From Giardia intestinalis (Eukaryota): a DNA stretch of 64,000 nucleotides. Below are positions 57,301-64,000 of the stretch, one piece after another (positions within the stretch are counted from its first letter, which is position 1; every line of letters starts with the position of its first letter). The stretch is taken from assembly GCA_000002435.2 (NCBI GenBank), contig CM018793.1; one strand, 5' to 3'. The translations under genes were made by a program, and so were the position numbers. The notes beneath the pieces were generated by a model. That model saw nothing but the letters and a program-made list of their open reading frames with translations, was not told the DNA's origin and made no database searches.

Positions 57301-57854
57301 TAATGCGTGCGGCACAGAACGGACACTTTAGGTGTGTCGAAATTTTGAAAGAGAGTTCTAAAGAGATCAAGCGGGTTGACAAGGACGGCCGGACAGCTCT
57401 GTGGAAGGCAGCTTCTGACGGTCACATTGAATGCACTGCTATGCTTGCTCCTTTGGAGTCAAAGATTGCCGCTAAAGATGGGACGACTGCTCTCATTATG
57501 GCTGCAGAACGCGGCCATACAATGTGCGCCCGTATCCTCACTGCTTGGGAGGCCAGACTCACAGACAAAACACATACGACTGCGTTGATGTATGCAGCAC
57601 GCGCTGGAAACATCGAGTGTGTGCGACTCCTTGCGCCCCTTGAGCAGCGTATGCGTCGTGTGGACGGAACAACAGCTCTAATCGTCTCCATCCGGGCCCG
57701 CAAGCCTGAGTGTACAAAGCTCCTCCTTGCAGAGGCAAATATGCGGAGTGGGGCAGGAGAGTCTGTGCTTGCCATTGCGAAACAGATGAACAGCATGGCA
57801 TGCCACCAGGTCATTCTTAGCGCAAAGCACAATCAACAGGAATTCACTTCATAG
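54318..57854 (+). CDS. Large ankyrin-repeat protein (protein 21.1 type) with central Ser/Thr-rich disordered region
   Basis: N-terminal (about 54400-55560) and C-terminal (about 56900-57800) blocks of GxTALMxAAxxGH ankyrin modules. They are separated by a low-complexity segment of about 400 aa (S/T/P-rich). Its stop overlaps the convergent G3PDH gene by about 11 nt. Confidence 0.8.
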   Translation: MKQKMHKVHSCPFAFVGEGTTNLMVAASHGNISELEKNLDQAGSYNARGQTALMLAAEHGNEEAIKTLVKVESTLADSSGRTALMYALDHDHSRCAKILIEKEAGRQDEDGETALMLAVKKNNYRLARLLARWEGGYQNTHGMTALMMAVQSNHLESTKLLLPLEMGCQDERGWTALMMAADAGNVMRVGLLARAEAGIVDNAKETALMKAARNGHNNCVRILAKREGRARNDKGFTALMIAASMGYSSCVKTLLFETGLRNTVKETALIISIKSRHDACVDILLPHEGEFPDSRGENALFWAIRNNDLTYIDKLIVHLKGRHSAQGKTALMLAVELHNIPAIQKLLPHEARLCDNKGRSALMYAAELGNAVLAALLVDHEAKILDVYGRTALMRAMKHGYIDCFHALLSHEVLVRSSKGLSVLDLCLKWALEGVSDFEDLDDEAFSTSTLDCDSTDSLPVSGPNLAYNEIATSKIKLMENDYISTSTPCLQLRMDNNVDESNPNMAPLMQNISFSSNLTPNSEVLSFTTDSSAGLDMQLGLTDLSFTSEQLPGSLHQSPGSLNAPSTTLTASEISNVDANVLLTPAQMHGPFCGANLLSRVTPSDLPDTTQSSLRYSRLPPLPSCVLTPGPAVQPVPQPKDPERQVADVSYESSHEAKTQKSSGKQSWFKHKVKSIGTKLSLLGRKEKQAEPVEKEPRPSAVIPVKKAVALRTPRHQKLGVYTSSDSESENDIGLGIIAVEPEDTVPSKSRSRPFSLRCATDRDATASGVICVSSMTNLSDSSSLARVSSSHAPVDAIDRGGVRFGEMNVPGSKPISRIYSLSRLSKATRDDIDEYRTQISSHLDKTDQRLVLTPRNPTVLSAERTMLMEYAIKGDITGVQRHLHELGAMCTTDGDSSGATALMLAVIEDNVNVIPYLLNELGIVNKKGYTALIYAAQDGLEETVPLLLLEAGMKSQTGRTALIQAAAFGQTPILPYLIPSEAGICTNKSQTALMRAAQNGHFRCVEILKESSKEIKRVDKDGRTALWKAASDGHIECTAMLAPLESKIAAKDGTTALIMAAERGHTMCARILTAWEARLTDKTHTTALMYAARAGNIECVRLLAPLEQRMRRVDGTTALIVSIRARKPECTKLLLAEANMRSGAGESVLAIAKQMNSMACHQVILSAKHNQQEFTS

Positions 57855-60800
57855 CCGGAATGTTCTCGCACGCAACAAAGTCCGTCTGGCCGGCGACATT
57901 GCGAAGGACTGTTTGTCCTGCTGAGACGGGTGCCTCTACTTGGATTGCGGGTGTTGCATTAAGCTCTTTCAGAACCGAACTCATGCGATCGACAGGGACG
58001 GGCGTCTTGTTCTTTACGATAACATGAGGCTTCGCTCCGTTCAGAACAGGAATTGCTGTGGAGAATACCCCTAGAAGACGATTATCAACTACCTTGACGG
58101 AAAACTCATGCGGATCGAACTCCAACTTCAGAGTAATGTTCACGCCCGGCACAAGGTCCTGAAAGGCTGAGTTGGAAACGACCATCCTCGTAACTACCGT
58201 TGGAGACACCTCCCTAAACTTCTCCGTTGCTAGCACTTTACCTGTGCTAGTTGTGGAGACCGTGACGCGGACATTTGCCATGGCTCGCGTCGTTTTAAAG
58301 TAAATGAAAGTCTCACCGCTCTTGTCTGTGGGGCGCTTTGAAAGGGTGATGCTTTGCGGCATGAAGTACTTAATGTCACTCCGGTTCGTCTCACTCAGTG
58401 TCAGGTTAACAGATGGAGGATTGTAGGAGCGTGCAGTATCGCCAACGTCTATCGCAGCATTAAACCCTGCCAGCTTTCCTTCTGCAAAGGAAGACTCGGC
58501 GGACGGATGGCAATGAAGGTTTCCGCCCGCAGCATATAGGAGCTTGTCGCTGGCAACAGCACAACGGTTGTCCACCAAAAGCCCACAATACTGAGAACTC
58601 ACGCCCTTACATCCCATCCCCTTGACAAGGGCCATCTGGGGCAGAGTACCAAGCGACGTCACGAGGCAATCACAAGCAACGGTCTCGGCCTCGTCTGCAG
58701 TCACCCCCTTTGTCAAGGGATTAACCGGGGCTATGCACACAGATTCTATTACGCCCTGTCCATTAATACGCGAAATGGATTTATTGTAGCTGATCGGAAT
58801 ATCAAACTCCTTTGTTAAAAGGTCCAAGTACTGAGAATTCCCTACAAGATGAGACTCTGGTTCATAGATACCGAGGACTTGTCCCCCTGAGATGGAGATC
58901 TGACGCGCTGCAAGCAGACCCGAATCTCCTGACCCAAAGATAACAACTCGCTTGCCTGGAAGAACATTGTCAAAGGCAATAGACCTCAGTGCAGCATCAG
59001 CGGTCATAACTCCATATGGGCGTGTTCCCGGGATAGCAGCATTAAAGCGGTGCTTTTCGCGGCTCCCCAGACAGAAAATAACAGCTTTGGCAGATATCTC
59101 AAGCTGTCCGACGTTTGCAGACATGCACTTCACAGTGAAAAGCTTACGAGATGTGTTGTAGCTACTGTCTAAAATAAACGTGTTCAAAATAGTTATAACG
59201 CCAGTCTTCATCAAATCTTCTCGAAGTTGCACTGCAAACTCAGGGCCTGTAAGCGCAGTTGAACCATCCCCGGCGTTGTGCGATCTATGAAGAGCATACA
59301 TCAAGGACCCTCCCACATAAGCGTCTTTAGTGATGACCAATATCCTAGCATCGGGATTCGTGTCATAGGCAGCCAGAGCCGCTCCCAGACCGGCAGGTCC
59401 GGTACCAAGAACGACGAGATCAAAGGCATGTATACACTGAACAAGCTTTGTGCTGAGCGAAAAGGCATTCAGCGCAGACTCCTTAGTGTGCTTGGGTCCG
59501 AAAAGAAGGTTGCTCACCAGGCTAGCACGGATGCCGACCTCGCTGCAGTCCAGAGGGCGATACAGCTTGACATCAACAGTACTCGATGGGTATGCCTTGT
59601 CCATCGGGGTGTTGTGGCTTATTCGACAAACCTGTTCATAGGACACGCCAAGCCTCGCTGCCAAAAGCTTTCTTAGCTTGCTTGAGCAAAAGCTCCCCTG
59701 ACAACGGCCAGCTGTTGCGCGGGTCCTTAGCTTTAGACCAGTAATGGACCTTGCGCCTTCGGTGATGGCGTTCTCGATGTCTGCCTCAGTAACGCACTCG
59801 CATCCGCAAACAATCTTTGAAAAGTTCAGATCCTTCTCAATAAGACCGTGGCGCTTATCCAACGCAGTGCGGCAGAGACGGCTAGTAATAGGGTACCAGA
59901 ACCATGCTTCGGGTGGCTTCACGATGCTGCTCATCCGATGGGAAGGATAGCGCAGCTTGACCAGCTCGATCAAATATGCACCTATGGCAGGACCAGCGGT
60001 AAGACCAGGGGACTGTATTCCCGCGCATTGGATGAACCCGTCTTCATCTCTGATTACAAAGTCATTGGAAGGAAGAACTGCCCGAGCGCTAGCGAAGCTA
60101 TACATGATCTCCTCTGGGACAATACGAGGACAGAGTGCATGAGCATGTGCGAAGATGGTAGAACGGCCATCCTCGGTCGTCTCGATGTCTGCCATATTAG
60201 ACCCAGTGCTTCCTAAGGGTTCAGCCGTAGGGCCTACCATAACCGTTCCATCAACTGTGGGTATGATCAGCATCCCCTTTGATGAAGCGTTATTTGGGAT
60301 AACAGAGAAGATAACTCTAGTGACAACGTCTTTCAGGTTTTTATCTAAAACATAGAGCTCGCCGCGACGCTTTGTGATGTTGATTGGGGTGGCGTTTTTC
60401 AGGAGCTCTGTAACAGATCCTGCATCAACACCGGTCGCATTAATAACAGTTTGCGCGTAGAGGTAAACAGGAGAAGAGCCCTGGCGAGAGATTCTCAGCT
60501 CAAAGATGACCTTTGGAGCAGACTCCACCAATGCGTCACCATCTTCTTCCGCTAGTCTATTAATTTTACGAATACCCGTAACCGTCGATCCACACGATAT
60601 CTCTACACCATTTGCCATCGCACAGTTTGCCATTGCGTTGCACAATTCAAACGGATTGACAACACTGGTCTCGGGTATTGAAAGAGCGCCTTCGATAGAA
60701 TCAATAGCTAAGTTAGGCTCTTCAAGCTTGACCCTTGCGGGTCCCCAGAGAGAGCACTCCAAGTCGAGCGCAGCACACGACTTTTGAAGTTCTTGCAAGG

Positions 60801-61179
60801 CGTTGAGTTCAGCCTCGTTTCTGGCAATTACCAGTTCTCCGCAGCGGCGCAATGATACGTTCAGGCTTTTGCAGAGATGCGCAAAGATTCTCCTCCCTTT
60901 TTGTTCCAACTGGGCTTTGAGAGTTCCCTGGGTCGTGTGCACTCCACAATGCACGATGCCACTATTTGCACGGGTTGTGGCAACGCTCGTCTCGAGACCC
61001 CTCTCTAGCAAAATTGACTTAAGAGTGGTGTGAGATGCTTCAAGGGCCGCGGAAACCCCGCTTATCCCACCCCCAATAATCGCAAGATCGTAAATGTCCG
61101 CCGATGCCAGCTTTGCAAACGGCTGAGGAGAGTCGAAGAATGTATGGCTCTGGATTGGTAAAGGGTGAGCGGTGGTCAT
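57844..61179 (-). CDS. G3PDH: FAD-dependent glycerol-3-phosphate dehydrogenase, large fusion form (GlpA-like FAD oxidase + BFD-type [2Fe-2S] motif + second FAD/NAD(P) pyridine-nucleotide-disulfide oxidoreductase-like half)
   Basis: N-terminus DLAIIGGGISGVSAALEAS (FAD GxGxxG)...GIVHCGVH (DAO/GlpA). BFD-like Cys cluster CGCECVTEADIENAI...ATAGRCQGSFC. Second Rossmann pair FDLVVLGTGPAGLGAALAAY and RVVIFGSGDSGLLAARQI. ATG start after an AT-rich tract. Confidence 0.8.
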   Translation of the reverse strand: MTTAHPLPIQSHTFFDSPQPFAKLASADIYDLAIIGGGISGVSAALEASHTTLKSILLERGLETSVATTRANSGIVHCGVHTTQGTLKAQLEQKGRRIFAHLCKSLNVSLRRCGELVIARNEAELNALQELQKSCAALDLECSLWGPARVKLEEPNLAIDSIEGALSIPETSVVNPFELCNAMANCAMANGVEISCGSTVTGIRKINRLAEEDGDALVESAPKVIFELRISRQGSSPVYLYAQTVINATGVDAGSVTELLKNATPINITKRRGELYVLDKNLKDVVTRVIFSVIPNNASSKGMLIIPTVDGTVMVGPTAEPLGSTGSNMADIETTEDGRSTIFAHAHALCPRIVPEEIMYSFASARAVLPSNDFVIRDEDGFIQCAGIQSPGLTAGPAIGAYLIELVKLRYPSHRMSSIVKPPEAWFWYPITSRLCRTALDKRHGLIEKDLNFSKIVCGCECVTEADIENAITEGARSITGLKLRTRATAGRCQGSFCSSKLRKLLAARLGVSYEQVCRISHNTPMDKAYPSSTVDVKLYRPLDCSEVGIRASLVSNLLFGPKHTKESALNAFSLSTKLVQCIHAFDLVVLGTGPAGLGAALAAYDTNPDARILVITKDAYVGGSLMYALHRSHNAGDGSTALTGPEFAVQLREDLMKTGVITILNTFILDSSYNTSRKLFTVKCMSANVGQLEISAKAVIFCLGSREKHRFNAAIPGTRPYGVMTADAALRSIAFDNVLPGKRVVIFGSGDSGLLAARQISISGGQVLGIYEPESHLVGNSQYLDLLTKEFDIPISYNKSISRINGQGVIESVCIAPVNPLTKGVTADEAETVACDCLVTSLGTLPQMALVKGMGCKGVSSQYCGLLVDNRCAVASDKLLYAAGGNLHCHPSAESSFAEGKLAGFNAAIDVGDTARSYNPPSVNLTLSETNRSDIKYFMPQSITLSKRPTDKSGETFIYFKTTRAMANVRVTVSTTSTGKVLATEKFREVSPTVVTRMVVSNSAFQDLVPGVNITLKLEFDPHEFSVKVVDNRLLGVFSTAIPVLNGAKPHVIVKNKTPVPVDRMSSVLKELNATPAIQVEAPVSAGQTVLRNVAGQTDFVACENIPAMK

Positions 61180-61370
61180 TTTAAAAACATCTTTAGCCTT
61201 TGAGTTTTAAAATTATTGACTAAACACATCACAGAACTGCGATGCGGTGAGGGACGACCAAACGCTAGATTGGACACAAGTGCCTTATTTACTTTGTTGT
61301 GAAAAACGTGACGAACATCAATCTGCATTCAACGATTGATGCCTATTAGTGTACCTTGGAGCTCTACCTG

Positions 61371-63830
61371 CTACTCGTTGTCCTCGTAACCCTGAGGACT
61401 ATGAGGCGGATTGTAGGTCTGGCACTCGTTGTAAATGTCGGCCATGTCCTGTCTGCGACTCTGCTCCTTATCAACCTTTCCTGTCCTGGTACGATGCTTC
61501 TTGCGTGCTTCACGCTCAGTGTTGTCCAGATCCCCACTGATACGACGGTACAAGAGAATATATGCCAACGGGGTGATAACTCTGACTTTTGGCACAGGGA
61601 TAACACGCTCATCATTGGCTTCCCACCACTCTCCGGTCTCTTTAGAAAGAATATAAGCAAAATAATGACCGTAGTTTGTGCTTCCATAATGACAAATGAC
61701 GGCTGTGAGCATGTACTTTTTCGGATCCGTGTCAGATTGATCTTCTATGTATGGACTGATGTCCAAGACATGAGGGTAACACACGTTATCCTCCTTCTTG
61801 ACGAGATAGAACCTCCCGCAATTATCAAAAACTTGATCGAAGCGCTTCAAATGGATGATAAGATAGGGAGGCGCCTTGTAGAGCGTGCTACTATTCTTTC
61901 CACTCGGGTTTTGATGGTTCTCTTTGCCGCACCTCCAGCCTTCAATAATGCTTGACTTCGCATACTCTTTAAAGCAATCATCTAAGGACCAAAACTGCTT
62001 CGTCTTATAAGTCTGTGTGTGGCATTTCTGCATGAAAAGGCCTATGGCTGGCTTAAATAGCTCTTGAAAACACACGGTATTGCTAGCTCCTTTGGTATCA
62101 TTTAATATGCTGTCTATAAGCTCTAGCTTACTACTCTTTAGAATGTATCTAATTGTGCTCTTCGCCAAAGGATCACTGGAGTTCTCAGGCTCGAGGTATG
62201 GATTGATGGTATAGCTTTCAGAAGAAAGTAAAGTGCTAAGCAAAGAACGTGGGAGGTCAGTGTATGTGTTTCTGAGGTATAGGTCGTACTGGAACAGCAG
62301 TAGTCTGAGCCCAACCTTGACTATGTCATTTATACCAGTCAGTGCAGGGCTCTTTGTTAACTGGGAATCATCACAGGGATTGAAGTAGGAGAACGCTAAG
62401 GTACTGGTGCAGAACTCTAAGGGCGTAGCAGTCTGTTGTGGATCGGGACAGCTACTACGGGATTGACAAGAACCAGAGTCACCAAGATTGACAGGGTCGA
62501 TGCATAGAGATATGGCCACCTTTAAAAGTTGGGGTGTAGGGCGTGATAATGATGAGATGTTAGTAAGGTACTTGTGCTGCTTGTGATTATCGTAGGAGCA
62601 GGGGGAGGCATGCAGCATTGTTATGATAATTAGATGATCTGCCCCCAACTCACCGGAAAACTCGGATACTCTCCTAGACACCTTCTCTATTTCCTCATTC
62701 CCAAATGTTATTGGTTCATAGGTTAAACTAGAGAGGTGCATGTCGTCCTTGGCAGTGGGATCAGCGGCATCAGTAACGCGGCCTACATTATCTTGTAAGC
62801 TGTTCTCCTCCTCCCCTGAGTCTGAGCAAAGAGAAAGCTCGACCTGAGAGTGCGCAGATCTAATGTACTCTTCATCGTTACGGTAGTGATAGCTTAAAAT
62901 TGTTCGGACAATAACATCTAGGTCAGTAAGATCGAACTCGTGGCTGTAGGCAGTTATAAGGAAATCATCGAAAAGGTTCTGCTTTCGAGAGAAAGAAATA
63001 AGACTGTTATAAATCATTTCGCGATATATGTCCTCCAATTCGCGGTGAATACAGTCAATGTGAAGACACTTAGTTGGGATGTAAAATCGGAATTCATGAA
63101 TGCTTTTACATTTATCCTGAACATAGACCACAATGTGTGTCAGTGAAGTGGAACTATCATATGCTATTTTGTTATCAGCGGAAGCTGGGGAAACTAGACC
63201 TGAGTCGGGAGCAGACGGCAGTGGTAGAGATAGTCCAATCCCGTGTTGAAATCCAATACTGGTGTATCCACAATGAGTGCACACAGTACGAGATATCTCT
63301 GTTGTTTCTATACACTGCTCGAACGGCGAATCAAGCCCAACAAGCTTCGCAGAGCGAGACTTTTCATACGCGTCTTTGAGATCCTCGTTGCCATCTGGGT
63401 CATAATAGTTGCACTTCTTATTGTGGTTCTTGTTTGTGCCCCTGATCACGGCATCCAGCACCAGGGTCAGAACCTCGTGGGCATCCCCCTGAATGCCGTG
63501 GCGAATACCATCATACTTAGTCTCCATAAGTGAAAAGAGACTCTGTGGGCTAATTCCCAAGCAAACCGACCGTTCTTTTCTCATACGACGCACAACGTCT
63601 TCAAACTGCGCAATTACCTGGTTATAAAAATACATGTCCTCGTCTGTCTCAGAATTTGGAGGAATGCTCTCCTGGAGGCAAATCGGATACGAAATCGGTC
63701 TAATGGCGTTAAGGAACTGAAGAGCAGAATTGAAAAAGCATGTGTTTCCCGTATTCACAAGGCCGGAAACAGGCTTCTTCTTAAGAGAGTTGCCAGACGA
63801 GGTCAGTCTGGAACCCCAACTGCCGTTCAT
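61371..63830 (-). CDS. Ubiquitin carboxyl-terminal hydrolase (USP/UBP family deubiquitinase)
   Basis: Cys box GLVNTGNTCFFNSALQFL near the N-terminus and His box YMLTAVICHYGSTNYGHYFAYI near the C-terminus. The track start is TTG (63833), and the ATG is the second codon. Confidence 0.85.
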   Translation of the reverse strand: MNGSWGSRLTSSGNSLKKKPVSGLVNTGNTCFFNSALQFLNAIRPISYPICLQESIPPNSETDEDMYFYNQVIAQFEDVVRRMRKERSVCLGISPQSLFSLMETKYDGIRHGIQGDAHEVLTLVLDAVIRGTNKNHNKKCNYYDPDGNEDLKDAYEKSRSAKLVGLDSPFEQCIETTEISRTVCTHCGYTSIGFQHGIGLSLPLPSAPDSGLVSPASADNKIAYDSSTSLTHIVVYVQDKCKSIHEFRFYIPTKCLHIDCIHRELEDIYREMIYNSLISFSRKQNLFDDFLITAYSHEFDLTDLDVIVRTILSYHYRNDEEYIRSAHSQVELSLCSDSGEEENSLQDNVGRVTDAADPTAKDDMHLSSLTYEPITFGNEEIEKVSRRVSEFSGELGADHLIIITMLHASPCSYDNHKQHKYLTNISSLSRPTPQLLKVAISLCIDPVNLGDSGSCQSRSSCPDPQQTATPLEFCTSTLAFSYFNPCDDSQLTKSPALTGINDIVKVGLRLLLFQYDLYLRNTYTDLPRSLLSTLLSSESYTINPYLEPENSSDPLAKSTIRYILKSSKLELIDSILNDTKGASNTVCFQELFKPAIGLFMQKCHTQTYKTKQFWSLDDCFKEYAKSSIIEGWRCGKENHQNPSGKNSSTLYKAPPYLIIHLKRFDQVFDNCGRFYLVKKEDNVCYPHVLDISPYIEDQSDTDPKKYMLTAVICHYGSTNYGHYFAYILSKETGEWWEANDERVIPVPKVRVITPLAYILLYRRISGDLDNTEREARKKHRTRTGKVDKEQSRRQDMADIYNECQTYNPPHSPQGYEDNE

Positions 63831-63870
63831 CAAAAACCCTAAATTTTATTTCAATTTACTTTCTTTCAAT

Positions 63871-64000
63871 CTACTTTCCACCGTGACCTTGGAACATTCT
63901 CATCCCCTGTCCGGCGATTGCTCCGCCCATGCCTGCATCAGCAAGTCGCTGCTTCATATCAGCTGTTTGGCCACGGCCGGCATTGACGTCTTGGACGCTG
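63871..64000 (-). CDS. 3' end of a gene running off the window; Met/Gly-rich C-terminus reminiscent of SRP54 M-domain tail (tentative)
   Basis: The minus-strand frame reads ...SVQDVNAGRGQTADMKQRLADAGMGGAIAGQGMRMFQGHGGK* with a stop at about 63871. This resembles the SRP54 C-terminus (MGGMAGLQSMMRQFQQG...). Confidence 0.3.
   Translation of the reverse strand, partial: SVQDVNAGRGQTADMKQRLADAGMGGAIAGQGMRMFQGHGGK

Overview
This 64 kb window is a gene-dense, intron-poor eukaryotic chromosomal segment that I attribute to Giardia intestinalis (diplomonad), on inference only. The evidence, all read from the sequence: (1) short AT-rich initiator elements directly abutting start codons (e.g. aatttaaaaATG, ataaaATG); (2) AGTRAAY polyadenylation signals at or over stop codons; (3) multiple 'protein 21.1'-type ankyrin proteins with TALMxAA repeats; (4) intergenic spacers of 3-70 bp and overlapping convergent stops; (5) an HSP90 gene truncated after the N-terminal half at a GTATGTT splice donor, matching the split hspN/hspC locus reported for Giardia (repaired by mRNA trans-splicing, Nageshan et al. 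2011). I call about 37 protein-coding genes and no rRNA or tRNA. Confidently recognised products: UBA1 E1 (partial), ribosomal protein S15, GCN5 HAT, BolA, TCTP, Spb1/FtsJ3, Nop58, Aurora kinase, OLA1, NTF2, YjbQ/UPF0047, RFC3, FAD-dependent glycerol-3-phosphate dehydrogenase, a USP-family deubiquitinase. Lower-confidence calls: CEP164-like and enkurin-like basal-body/flagellar proteins, CNOT9, prefoldin 5, GINS-like, eIF2B-like, TPR, LRR, PPPDE/DeSI-type peptidase and transglutaminase-like proteins, plus several lineage-specific ORFs including one of 2032 aa. Second-look items: the trans-splice donor of HspN and its overlap with the RFC3 5' end; two unusually long ORF-free intervals (about 0.96 kb and 1.36 kb) that may hold a ncRNA or decayed gene; a 1017-aa protein with Sfi1-like W-containing repeats; a 9x 'LRRSHF' repeat protein; a Cys-rich metallothionein-like insert in the enkurin homologue; and an N-myristoylated transglutaminase-like protein. 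The ORF track uses alternative start codons, so many gene starts were moved to the first in-frame ATG preceded by an AT-rich initiator. Coordinates derived by eye from the raw sequence may be off by 1-2 nt; coordinates taken from the ORF track are exact.
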